Shown here one piece after another: positions 9,371 through 17,923 of a stretch of 64,000 bases of DNA. The notes below the pieces were generated by a model that worked only from the letters and a program-made list of their open reading frames with translations, ran no database searches and was not told the DNA's origin. The position numbers and the translations under genes were made by a program. Origin of the DNA: Synechococcus sp. (GTDB lineage Bacteria > Cyanobacteriota > Cyanobacteriia > PCC-6307 > Cyanobiaceae); assembly GCA_047285305.1 (NCBI GenBank), contig JBJBDL010000003.1, positions 544,001 through 608,000 on the forward strand, written 5' to 3'. The number at the start of each line of letters is the position of its first letter. Positions within the stretch are counted from its first letter, which is position 1.

Positions 9371-9460
9371 ATGTTCTTGGACGTAATCGCCTTTCTTCTG
9401 TTCGTTATTCTTCTGGCGGTTGCTGCCGAGGCTTGGTGGATACCCCTTAGAGCACTTTGA
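9371..9460 (+). CDS. 29-aa single-TM microprotein candidate
   Basis: MFLDVIAFLLFVILLAVAAEAWWIPLRAL*, starting 2 nt after the upstream stop. Confidence 0.35.
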   Translation: MFLDVIAFLLFVILLAVAAEAWWIPLRAL

Positions 9461-9613
9461 GGACTTACTTCCCGGCGTCTGGCTCTGACAATGGATCAGC
9501 GCCTAAACAATCGATGTGTGTCTATTAGCAAAACCAACAAGCCGCTAAATCCACCGTTGGCTTTAATCTTCCTGATCTAAAGCAGAAACTGTAAGTAGTT
9601 TTGGCATGTGAGG

Positions 9614-10480
9614 TTAAAATATTTCGTCAACTCTTTTCCGGATCGGAATCTTTGAAGAGTATCTTTGTCGAACTAGCTTCATGACTCCACTTCCTACATC
9701 GTCTCCAATCCGAGGGTCCCTATCCCATTGACCAGGTCGCCCTGTACTTTGACCCAGGGCTGCATAGCGGAAATCTAAGCTCCACCTGCATATCCTGCTT
9801 TTGTTTCTACAGCTTTTATGCAATGTTAACTGATCAAAGATAATCACGTCTCCTGCACTGGCTTGAACAGAAACTGGTGAGAGTTTCCCATTGAACTTTA
9901 ATGCGTCGCACATGGCTTTCAAATTCACCTCAGGACCTCGTGTAGCCCTGCTATGTGGGAGCCAACCAAGTTGATTAGATCGAGGAATAATTTCCAATCC
10001 ACCATGGTAAGTCGATGCAGGACTAAGAGGTATCCATACAGTTACAAGCCGTACTCGATCAAGAGTTGGATCACTAGCTCCATAATCCTGATGCCATGGC
10101 ACAGTCGTAAAAGGACTTTTACTGAGATTCCAAGGTAATTTTGCACGGAGGTTGTGAATTGGACTTAGAATAGACTCTGGCCACCCAATTGACTTCTCCA
10201 GCAAATTTCCGATAAGTGGATGAAGAGCGAGTTTATAAACAGCAGGCAAATTGGGGAGCATGTCCTGTAGCAAAGATAGTTGGTCAGGATTATTTCTATA
10301 AAAGCGAACCGAAGCTCTATCTAGATCCGAGTTGAATAACAATTTCCGACTTCTATTGATCACAAGCTGATCACTGATCTGGTCGCGAATACTGCTTATT
10401 AAATCGCATGGCAAAACTTGGCGATAATGCACCCAGCCGAGGGTATCAAGAATATATTTGTGTTGTGCATATTCCACCAC
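9614..10480 (-). CDS. Phytanoyl-CoA dioxygenase (PhyH)-family 2OG-Fe(II) oxygenase
   Basis: PWHQD (HxD), VTVWIPL, GGLEIIPRS, GDVIIF..TLH.S..N.S...RWSLDFRY. Confidence 0.9.
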   Translation of the reverse strand: MVEYAQHKYILDTLGWVHYRQVLPCDLISSIRDQISDQLVINRSRKLLFNSDLDRASVRFYRNNPDQLSLLQDMLPNLPAVYKLALHPLIGNLLEKSIGWPESILSPIHNLRAKLPWNLSKSPFTTVPWHQDYGASDPTLDRVRLVTVWIPLSPASTYHGGLEIIPRSNQLGWLPHSRATRGPEVNLKAMCDALKFNGKLSPVSVQASAGDVIIFDQLTLHKSCRNKSRICRWSLDFRYAALGQSTGRPGQWDRDPRIGDDVGSGVMKLVRQRYSSKIPIRKRVDEIF

Positions 10481-10533
10481 GCCAATCTAATTGCATCACT
10501 CGTTTCAGTCAATCAATTAGTGCTTGGGTCCAC

Positions 10534-11904
10534 TTACCAGAACCTGGATGGATCAGCTTCTGTGATGCTGTCTAGTTGGTTGGCATCAAGATTTGAGCCT
10601 ACATAAATAGCTTCGAGCATCTCTCCATCAAATATTCCAATCCCAGCTTGTGATTGGTTATGTGTGCCTGCAACCACGTCCCTGAAAGAAAGCTCAGAAT
10701 CAGTAGTTCCAAGAATCGTGATTCGATCATCTCTGTCTAATTCCTGAATAACGTCGGCATTAATGCCTCCGTGGTTTCGTCCCCAGTCATATCCGTGACC
10801 GCGAAAGTCGCTCAGGATGAAAAGTTCATCAACTGATCCATCCATTTCCGACAAAAAGGTATTTGTACCGCCACCACCATAGACAACATCGGCCCCAATA
10901 CCACCAGAAACAAGGTCTTTCCCATGTCCTGCTCGAATTTCATCACTATTAGCTTGCCCATAGATGTGATCTGGCCCACCACCACCACCCAAAAAATCAT
11001 TACCTTCCCCCCCGAACAATTCATCCTTGTAAGCAGCTGAGCCACCTATTAAGGTGTCATTACCGCTTCCACCATAAATAAAGTCTTCTCCATCTCCTCC
11101 AAGGATTACATCATCACCTTTTTCAGCATAGAAAGTATCGTCACCATCCAATAGATAGATGGAATCATTGTCATCTGTGCCGCTGAGTAAGTCTGAGGCA
11201 TTGGTTGGATGGTCGTTGTTTCCATTTTCACTACCCCATATAAGCTGAAGATGATGGATGTCTTCGCCAGTCCAAGAAGGAACATATCCAAACATCCCCC
11301 ATTGGCTGTATTTAATATCAGTGTTGTATGACATTACTGTTTTTGTGGAGCTGTGATGACCTCCATGAGGGTCGTCCTCTCCATCTGACTGAGGATGCGA
11401 CAGCCCTAGCGCATGGCCGATCTCGTGAATTATTGTGTAAGCATCCTGCCACTGCGCGCTGCCAAAGTCGTAACCATTCTCATCTTCTAGGAATGGATTA
11501 TTTGAGTAATAAAGACTGTAATCGTCGGGAAAATCTGTCCACACTACTGACTGAAAGAGGTCGTCATTAGCTTGTGATGGGATTAGTGCCCCTTCATGAC
11601 TTCCTAGGGCAAATCCAACTATGTCGCCAGGTATTCCTGGATAGGGAGAGACTCTATAGATATGAATCTGAGCCTCTAGGATATTGTCTGCCTTGTAGAA
11701 GTCAAGGTCTATATATGGATCAATGTCGTCAAATGCTTTTTTTATTACTGCTTCGTGTCCGTCCCAGTGTGTCCAAGACCAGTATGAAGGCTTATCTATA
11801 AGACTGACTTCGTCATGGATGTAATAACCAATATTTTCAACGCTCTTAAAGTAATCTCTATAGATTTCAAGGTATTGGTCTGTTAGCTGCCCGGTTAAAT
11901 CCAC
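10534..11904 (-). CDS. Metzincin (M10/serralysin-like) Zn metalloprotease with RTX Ca-binding repeats
   Basis: HEIGHALGLSH, Met-turn TVMSY, multiple GGxGxDx(L/I) nonapeptides, no signal peptide. Confidence 0.9.
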   Translation of the reverse strand: MDLTGQLTDQYLEIYRDYFKSVENIGYYIHDEVSLIDKPSYWSWTHWDGHEAVIKKAFDDIDPYIDLDFYKADNILEAQIHIYRVSPYPGIPGDIVGFALGSHEGALIPSQANDDLFQSVVWTDFPDDYSLYYSNNPFLEDENGYDFGSAQWQDAYTIIHEIGHALGLSHPQSDGEDDPHGGHHSSTKTVMSYNTDIKYSQWGMFGYVPSWTGEDIHHLQLIWGSENGNNDHPTNASDLLSGTDDNDSIYLLDGDDTFYAEKGDDVILGGDGEDFIYGGSGNDTLIGGSAAYKDELFGGEGNDFLGGGGGPDHIYGQANSDEIRAGHGKDLVSGGIGADVVYGGGGTNTFLSEMDGSVDELFILSDFRGHGYDWGRNHGGINADVIQELDRDDRITILGTTDSELSFRDVVAGTHNQSQAGIGIFDGEMLEAIYVGSNLDANQLDSITEADPSRFW

Positions 11905-12110
11905 CCTTGATTATAGGTAGCTATTTTGAATATTAGCGCATCGGCTAAATGCATTTGCTCTCTTTTGCTTGCCTAATTCAAAGCCGAGCTTTGGTGGTGT
12001 CTATGGACTTGGCTCTTCAAAACAGATCAGGCTCAAGTTCCTCTTGTGATGCTGCTGCTTCGTGGTGATTGACATGGCTACCAAACTGCTTGTGACCGAG
12101 TGGTGTTGAT

Positions 12111-12529
12111 ATGGCTTGGAGTGCTTCTGCATGGGTTGGACTTAGCGATGAGGACTGCAGTGACCTGATTTGTAAGAAGGCTGTGGCAGTCACCAGGCCG
12201 AAGAGAGGTGTGGTGGCCAATACACCGTCAAACAGGCGATAGATGTCATCAACGAATCATTTCATTGCTGCAATGGTTTTGATCCCTACGTCGGCTCCAA
12301 GCTGGATTCAGACCTGCTGGGCACCTACAAAAACGAAGAGGCCAAGGCTCAAGACGCTTCCTACAAGGGGTTTTTTGCCATGCTGCTGACTATTGATCAC
12401 GTCAAAGCTGAGCCGTTTCCTGACTTTGAAAACGTCAGCTGGACGACCAATGACGCCAAGGGGGACATGCCCTCTGAGGAGTTCATCGCTTACTGCCGCC
12501 GAGTTATTCAGATCGCAGGACAACATTGA
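12111..12529 (+). pseudogene. Frameshifted hypothetical protein with an HNH-like C-terminus
   Basis: Frame A: MAWSASAWVGLSDEDCSDLICKKAVAVTR. After a shift near 12200, frame B: GGQYTVKQAIDVINESFHCCNGFDPY...TIDHV...VSWTTNDAKGDMPSEEFIAYCRRV. Confidence 0.55.
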
Positions 12530-12673
12530 TCAAAGCAACCCGTGGGCTTGGAACATCTCCACTATCTGTTGGAGCTGCTCATCTGTCCAATACGGGCTCA
12601 ACTTGCTGATGCACAGTGGCCTTGCTGACGTCTTTTGGCCTGGCCATTTCTGCTGATAGGACAGGGCCGTCAT
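12530..12673 (-). CDS. 47-aa hypothetical microprotein
   Basis: MTALSYQQKWPG...WTDEQLQQIVEMFQAHGLL*, translated by hand. Confidence 0.3.
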   Translation of the reverse strand: MTALSYQQKWPGQKTSARPLCISKLSPYWTDEQLQQIVEMFQAHGLL

Positions 12674-12708
12674 CAACGATGTCCCCCAGCGAGCTCATGG
12701 CCACAGCT

Positions 12709-12825
12709 TCAGTCTTCTGAATTGCGATCACGCCGATACCGATCAGGGCTGAAGAACCAAATGATCAGCCGGGTGGTGAACCAGGCGAGCAAGATGCCCA
12801 GAGCTATCGAGACAAGCGCCTCCAC
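12709..12825 (-). CDS. 38-aa single-TM microprotein candidate
   Basis: GTG start; MEALVSIALGILLAWFTTRLIIWFFSPDRYRRDRNSED*. Confidence 0.45.
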   Translation of the reverse strand: MEALVSIALGILLAWFTTRLIIWFFSPDRYRRDRNSED

Positions 12826-12909
12826 AACAGATCTTCAGAGAACATCAGCCGGAGCTGGATGTCCTCAATATGCCGTGCTGATCAAGGGCTGAAGAGCGAC
12901 CGTTAACGG

Positions 12910-13056
12910 TCAGTCGCGTACTGGTTCGTCCTTGTCTTTGGGGGCCTCGAATTGAGGCTGAGGTTTAGCTGCTGACTTTGAAGCCAGAGAAGCCTCCAGA
13001 CGCTGCAGCTGCGCTTCAAGCAGTGCGGCGGACATGCTGAGGGTGTGGTCAGTCAT
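12910..13056 (-). CDS. 48-aa hypothetical microprotein with a coiled-coil-like segment
   Basis: MTDHTLSMSAALLEAQLQRLEASLASKS...EPVRD*. Confidence 0.4.
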   Translation of the reverse strand: MTDHTLSMSAALLEAQLQRLEASLASKSAAKPQPQFEAPKDKDEPVRD

Positions 13057-13255
13057 CGATTGGCGTTTCCAACAGCGGGAGGTGCAGGGCCTAGTGCTGT
13101 CGAAAGGGGGCCTACGGGTTAAAACACTGACGAACGATAAGGAACCACAGGCAGCAGACCAGGGGCATAAATACCTAGGGTCAGCAACCTCGGACGTTTG
13201 GCAGTGCCGGGCTTTCCAGGGCTGCCATAGGCAGACGGTCGGTCAATCTTTCGTG

Positions 13256-13290
13256 CCTAGGGCAGCTCTGCTCTAACAAAGCTCTAAAAA
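13256..13290. repeat. Tandem motifs at the right island end (candidate arm-type sites)
   Basis: GCTCTAACAA (13270) and GCTCTAAAAA (13281, identical to 156-165); CTAGGGCAG is the reverse complement of CTGCCCTAG at 166-174. Confidence 0.45.
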
Positions 13291-13341
13291 AGTTTTTGGC
13301 TGCTTGGTAGCTGTGTATGCAGTGGATTTTATGTAAAAGCA

Positions 13342-13389
13342 ACCTCCCTTACAAGGAGATTGTCACTGATTCGATCCCAGTATCGCCCA
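13342..13389 (+). repeat. att site: duplicated 3' half of tRNA-Val
   Basis: 47 of 48 bases identical to 10-57; the mismatch is G37 vs A13369. Confidence 0.95.
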
Positions 13390-13432
13390 TCTCAAAACGC
13401 GGTGCTGAACTGGGCTTCGTTGGGTTTTTGCT

Positions 13433-13762
13433 TCAGCTCGCAAACGCTCGCTCTCCAGGGCCATCGCTTGTTGGCTGGGCGCGGAATTCACCGCGCAAGA
13501 TACCTTCTGCCCTTCGCATCATTTTCAGGCAGGTCTCCTTGTCAGCTGAGGCGTAGGCAGCGTCCATGCATTGCACGTACTGCTCTTCAGGAGTCACAAG
13601 CCGTTTGCCGTTGGTCGGAGTATCGGTCCGATTCGAATGGCTCGCCGTAGCTGCAATTACCCATCCGCTCGGTGCATGTGACGGGTAGGTGTGCAAAGGT
13701 GGTGCGACGCCAAAGAGCCTGATTGAAGGCCCACTGCGCGAGAACCTATAACTCGATTCCAT
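13433..13762 (-). CDS. Hypothetical protein
   Basis: Open frame with a helical-looking C-terminal half (TPEEQYVQCMDAAYASADKETCLKMMRRAEGIL). Confidence 0.4.
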   Translation of the reverse strand: MESSYRFSRSGPSIRLFGVAPPLHTYPSHAPSGWVIAATASHSNRTDTPTNGKRLVTPEEQYVQCMDAAYASADKETCLKMMRRAEGILRGEFRAQPTSDGPGERAFAS

Positions 13763-14128
13763 GAACAGAAGATCCAGCACTCCCCCGAGGGAGTGGCGAA
13801 AGGCTGGCAGCAATGCCAGCAGAATTGACCTCAGCGGCTATGCCTCATCTCAGCATCGCCGTTTCCTGAAGGCGGAAGCCGAGCAGGCCCCAGGGGAGCC
13901 CAGGCATCGCTGACGAGGTTCGTCCCTTCAGCGGAATGAAGACGCCTCAGCTGTTGCTGCCGTCATCCATGCCACGTCTGATCAGGCTTTGCGTGAGCCA
14001 AAGCAGACCAATGAAACCGGCCGTGACGATCAACAGAGTCAAGATTCAGGCTGTGGTGCAGACGTAGAGACGTAGCTCGATTTGCCACCACATCATCATT
14101 GGAAGGTAGGCCTCAAAGGCACTTTGTG

Positions 14129-14314
14129 ATGCAGTTGGTCTTGGCGCTTGTGATTCCCGTGGTTCTGCTAGTGGGGTTCACTGCGCTGTTGGCAACTGGC
14201 AGGTTGTCGATCTCTCGCAACGCTGCGTGGTTGTTGGAACGCCAAGGCAGCATCTGGATGGCTGGAATCATTGCCCTTGCTGCTGTTGCGGCTGTGGTTG
14301 CTCTGCAGCGTTAA
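14129..14314 (+). CDS. Small two-TM membrane protein
   Basis: Two hydrophobic segments, MQLVLALVIPVVLLVGF... and IWMAGIIALAAVAAVVAL. Confidence 0.6.
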   Translation: MQLVLALVIPVVLLVGFTALLATGRLSISRNAAWLLERQGSIWMAGIIALAAVAAVVALQR

Positions 14315-14398
14315 GCCGTCTCGCCGAAGCGCTTTCAAAAGCTTGACCCATCCCCAGGGAGGGAGCGGGATGGGTGGATTGTCATTTGGAAGTCTTGA

Positions 14399-14704
14399 TC
14401 AGCGGCTGCTGGAGCGCTTGCGCACAACCCTGGGGGTCTCCCGCTCGGTCTTGGCATCGGTTTCAGACACCGTCTTGTCTTCGCCGGCCGCTTCTCCCTG
14501 CCCGGGCTCATCGTCGGGTTCCTGCGCCTCAATCACTCCAAGCACCATGGCGGCTTCCAGCTGATCACTCATGTCACCGATGGTGAGCAGAGCCTTTAAG
14601 ACCAGCTGGGCGCGAGGCGCTTTGGGCAGGCCGGGACGAAGCTTTTTGGTGGTGTTCCACAGCTCCAGGGCCACTTCCTTCAGCAGTTCCTTGTCAGCAG
14701 CCAT
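14399..14704 (-). CDS. Conserved marine picocyanobacterial protein (TIGR03894-like)
   Basis: MAADKELLKEVALELW..KKLRPGLPK..RAQLVLKALLTIGD. Confidence 0.8.
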   Translation of the reverse strand: MAADKELLKEVALELWNTTKKLRPGLPKAPRAQLVLKALLTIGDMSDQLEAAMVLGVIEAQEPDDEPGQGEAAGEDKTVSETDAKTERETPRVVRKRSSSR

Positions 14705-14762
14705 TCGATTCGAACGTGAATCACACCATTCTCGTCATCGGGGGGGTGGTCCCCCTTCCGAA

Positions 14763-14999
14763 TCAGAAGCAGAAGGGCAGGAATTGGGTGCGGCAGGCGG
14801 CATAGCCATCCACCAGGGGACCCAGCCCGATCTGGTGAACGATGCCGGCACCGGTGAGCCCCTCGGTGATGATTCCGATCACGATGCCAACCATGGCGGC
14901 ACGGCCGTTGAAGCGTTCGGCCTTTTTGAGCTGCTCCATGTGGATGTCGCGGGCAGCGACGCCTTGGAACCAGGAATCGCTGGCTTGCGTGGATTTCAT
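14763..14999 (-). CDS. hli: High-light-inducible protein (HLIP)
   Basis: AERFNGRAAMVG chlorophyll-binding motif; ATG at 14999. Confidence 0.9.
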   Translation of the reverse strand: MKSTQASDSWFQGVAARDIHMEQLKKAERFNGRAAMVGIVIGIITEGLTGAGIVHQIGLGPLVDGYAACRTQFLPFCF

Positions 15000-15014
15000 C
15001 GAACTCAAGCTGTT

Positions 15015-15030
15015 GTTACAAAGCTTAATC
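15015..15030. promoter_or_regulatory. HLR1/RpaB-like site upstream of hli
   Basis: GTTACAAAGCTTAATC: one perfect (G/T)TTACA(T/A)(T/A) half and a degenerate second half. Confidence 0.4.
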
Positions 15031-15037
15031 CGAAAAA

Positions 15038-15775
15038 TCAGTTTTTCAGCAGCAGTCGTTCCCCCGGTGTTGGATCGGTCCAGGAGCTGCTGGCCGGCAG
15101 CTGGGCTCCAGTGCTGGCTATGGATCCTTTCATTCGCAGGGCCCGACTCAAGGCGCCGCCAAAGCGCACGTCGCCGCCGGAGGTGCTGGCGAGCACCGTG
15201 GTGGGTTGGAAGCGTTCCACCAGTTGCGGCACCACGGAGCAGCCCTTCACAAACGCTCCAAGCGCCGGCAGCCCCAGATCCACCATCGGCGTGATCACGG
15301 CATCCAGGGGCTGTGGCTCCAGGGCTGGATCGAGAAAACCGTGGGGTTCGAGATAGAGCGACCCGGCCGGATGTTCGAGCAGATAACCGTTTTCCACCAT
15401 CGGCACCGGTGCACCGGCGCTGGCGCGCACCCGCAGGCCCTGGTGGTTGGTGCTCTCTCCGGGGGAGAGGGCTTTCACGCTGGTGAAGCCCAGGCGTTCC
15501 ACCACCCGTGCAGCTGCCGCCGATCCAATGACGGGCAGGTCCTTGGGGAGAAGCGCCAAGGTGTCCGGATGGGCGTGGTCTGCAAGCCCCTGGGTGAGCA
15601 ACAGCAGGTTCAGCTTCTCGGGCACCTTGCGCTCGCAGGGCAGTTCCCCTTTGAGCAGCCACTCCCCGGGGGGGAAGCTCAGGCTGCCGCGCAACCAGGG
15701 ATCCACCAGAACGCGGAGATCATCGAATTCGAGCAACCAGCCATTGGCTCCGTAGTACGTGGCGGCCAGGGTCAT
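15038..15775 (-). CDS. Metallo-beta-lactamase-fold hydrolase
   Basis: YYGANGWLLE..VLVDPWL, LTQGLADHAH. Confidence 0.85.
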   Translation of the reverse strand: MTLAATYYGANGWLLEFDDLRVLVDPWLRGSLSFPPGEWLLKGELPCERKVPEKLNLLLLTQGLADHAHPDTLALLPKDLPVIGSAAAARVVERLGFTSVKALSPGESTNHQGLRVRASAGAPVPMVENGYLLEHPAGSLYLEPHGFLDPALEPQPLDAVITPMVDLGLPALGAFVKGCSVVPQLVERFQPTTVLASTSGGDVRFGGALSRALRMKGSIASTGAQLPASSSWTDPTPGERLLLKN

Positions 15776-16182
15776 GACGGGCTTTGCTGCCGTTCGCGGC
15801 AGTCGCTGCAGAGACCAAAGAATTCAAGCGTGTGAAACAGGAGATCGAAGCCTTTGCGACCGTCTTCGGGCACCTCCAGGTCGTGAATCGGGCAGTGGTC
15901 GAGCGCCTGGGTCTTGCCGCAATCGACGCAGGTGAGGTGGTGGCGATCCCGCTCCAGCGGCGCATAGAGCGCCTCGCCATTGGGCAGGTGGCGGCAGCGC
16001 ACCAGGCCCCGTTGCTGCAGCTGGCGCAGATTCCGGTACACCGTGGCCAGGCCCATGGCCTGTTCGGGCTCCAGGCTGCGGTGCAGCTGCTGACCGCTCA
16101 TCTCATCACCACAGGCCTGCAGGTTCGCCAGCAAGACCTTCTGGCGGGCATTGAGCTGGGTGGCAGGGCGGCGAGTGGCCAT
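15772..16182 (-). CDS. zur: Fur-family zinc uptake regulator
   Basis: GLATVYRNL, DRHHLTCVDC, HTLEFFGLCSDC; resembles marine Synechococcus Zur. Confidence 0.85.
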   Translation of the reverse strand: MATRRPATQLNARQKVLLANLQACGDEMSGQQLHRSLEPEQAMGLATVYRNLRQLQQRGLVRCRHLPNGEALYAPLERDRHHLTCVDCGKTQALDHCPIHDLEVPEDGRKGFDLLFHTLEFFGLCSDCRERQQSPS

Positions 16183-16232
16183 GGTTTCAAAGGGCGACCA
16201 ACCAGCGGCTACTCAACATCACAGCGTGGGAT

Positions 16233-17141
16233 TCAGCCACCGATCAGCTGCTCGCTCAAGCTCCAGAGCCGCTGCCGTTCGGCAGGTTGGCTCGCTGCTG
16301 GCGCTACACGGCAGAGCGCCGGTGCACCCCGCAAGCCGCCGAACTGCTCAGGGCCGTAGTGCTCGCCACCCTGAGCAGTCGCCGCGGTGGCGGCATGCAG
16401 TTGCGGCAGGGCACCCATGCCGGCGCTTTGGAACAGGGGATCCATCAGCCGGTAGGCAAGGGCCTCGAAGCGGTTGCCGACGCTGGCGATTGCGGTGGGC
16501 TGCAGTTCCGTGCGCGCGATGCCGGGATGGGCGGCCAGGGAGCGGATGGGGCTGCCCTGCTCGCGCAGGTGTGCATCCAGCTCAAGGGCAAACATCACGT
16601 TGGCGAGTTTGCTTTGGCCATAGGCCCCATAGCGGTCGTAGCTCTTGCTCCAGCTGGGGTCGTCCCAGCGAATCTTGCCGAAGTACTGCGCTCCGGAGGT
16701 CACCGTCACCACGCGGGGATCGGGCCGGTTCTGCAGCAGCGGCAGCAGGGCCTGGGTCAGGGCCATGTGCCCCAGGTGATTCACCCCGAATTGCAATTCA
16801 TGCCCCTGGGCGGTGGTGCGGCGCGGCGGTGCCATCACGCCAGCGTTGTTGATCAGCAGATCAAGGCAGCCGTAGCGCTCCCCGACGGTGGCCGCCGCCT
16901 GTTGCACGCTGGTTAGGTCCGCCAGATCCAGGTCCACCAGATCCACCGCTCCCCCATCGCGCTCCTGCAGCAACTCCTGCTTGGCCCTCTCGGCTTTGCG
17001 GGGGCTGCGGCACGCCAACACCACGGTGGCCCCGCAGCGTTTCAAGGCGCGCGCGGTTTCCAGGCCCAGGCCGCTGTTGGCTCCAGTGATCAGGGCTATG
17101 CGGCCCTGCTGGTTCGGGATGTCAGCCGCGGACCAACCCAT
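16233..17141 (-). CDS. Short-chain dehydrogenase/reductase
   Basis: TGANSGLG, NNAG, YGQSK. Confidence 0.92.
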   Translation of the reverse strand: MGWSAADIPNQQGRIALITGANSGLGLETARALKRCGATVVLACRSPRKAERAKQELLQERDGGAVDLVDLDLADLTSVQQAAATVGERYGCLDLLINNAGVMAPPRRTTAQGHELQFGVNHLGHMALTQALLPLLQNRPDPRVVTVTSGAQYFGKIRWDDPSWSKSYDRYGAYGQSKLANVMFALELDAHLREQGSPIRSLAAHPGIARTELQPTAIASVGNRFEALAYRLMDPLFQSAGMGALPQLHAATAATAQGGEHYGPEQFGGLRGAPALCRVAPAASQPAERQRLWSLSEQLIGG

Positions 17142-17161
17142 CGCGTCCTCTGAGCCTGGGC

Positions 17162-17419
17162 TCAGTCCTCAGGGAAGAGCAGCTCGGCCAGTTCGTCGGC
17201 GTCCACGTCGTAGACGCGGGCCAGGCTGGTTTCGATGGCGTTGGTTACCTCGCCCGGCAGGAAGCGCATTGAGTTGAGGGCGTCCTCGGCGATGTCGTCG
17301 GTGAGCAGCTTGTCGTCGCTGTCCAGCTTTTCGTCATTGATCACCGCCATCACCCAGCTTTGGTAGGCGTAGACCAGATCGGAGAACTCGAGTTCGGGAT
17401 CGTTCAGGTCCAGGGCCAT
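17162..17419 (-). CDS. Conserved acidic hypothetical protein
   Basis: 85 aa, core-like codon usage, co-oriented with the SDR gene. Confidence 0.75.
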   Translation of the reverse strand: MALDLNDPELEFSDLVYAYQSWVMAVINDEKLDSDDKLLTDDIAEDALNSMRFLPGEVTNAIETSLARVYDVDADELAELLFPED

Positions 17420-17464
17420 GGTGCGAATAGCCAGTCGCCCCAGTCTGACCTTTCGCAGGAGAGG

Positions 17465-17923
17465 ATGAACAGCATGGATTCCGCTGATGCCACTGGCCTG
17501 CAGGCCACGCTGTTTGATTTTTCAATCGCTGAGCTGGTGCGGCAGCACCGGGAAAGCTTCCAACCCCTGTGGACGGCGGAAAGTTGGGTGAAGCTGCTGA
17601 TCTGGTTGTCGCTGAATTGCGGCAGCTCCGGGGATGAAGCCGGCATGGCCCGGTTCGTCGAGGCGCTTGGGCCAAGCCTCACCACCCGGATGCGGCGGGT
17701 GTTCTTTGAGCGGGAGCTGGAGGCTCTCGATCTTCAGGTGATGGCCGATCCGGCTGAGCAGCAGGTGCTGGTGCTGCCGATGGGCCCGGGTGTTCCCCTG
17801 GATCTTGAGCGCGCTGCCACGGTGATCGAACAGGTGCAGTTGCAGGGACATGTGGCTGACCGGTCGCGCTGGCAGCAGCTCGATGCTGTGGTGGCGATTC
17901 CTCGCGTGGAGGCCGCGGCATGA
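17465..17923 (+). CDS. Conserved hypothetical protein
   Basis: ORF coupled by ATGA to the next gene. Confidence 0.7.
   Translation: MNSMDSADATGLQATLFDFSIAELVRQHRESFQPLWTAESWVKLLIWLSLNCGSSGDEAGMARFVEALGPSLTTRMRRVFFERELEALDLQVMADPAEQQVLVLPMGPGVPLDLERAATVIEQVQLQGHVADRSRWQQLDAVVAIPRVEAAA

Larger units (their letters stand above)
58..13389. mobile_element. tRNA-Val-integrated genomic island with no integrase detected
   Basis: Flanked by a 48-bp direct repeat of the tRNA 3' half (10-57 and 13342-13389); AT-richer than the core; accessory cargo and pseudogenes. Confidence 0.9.

Noticed and set aside
9614..10480. PhyH-like enzyme as a halogenase
   Set aside because: It has the HxD hydroxylase-type motif (HQD), not the HxA/G of halogenases
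13060..13260. Possible integrase remnant next to the right att site
   Set aside because: No R-H-R-Y or serine recombinase motifs in the frames I translated
14763..15662. 299-aa ORF as an extended HLIP fusion
   Set aside because: The upstream part overlaps the MBL hydrolase out of frame; the real HLIP starts at 14999
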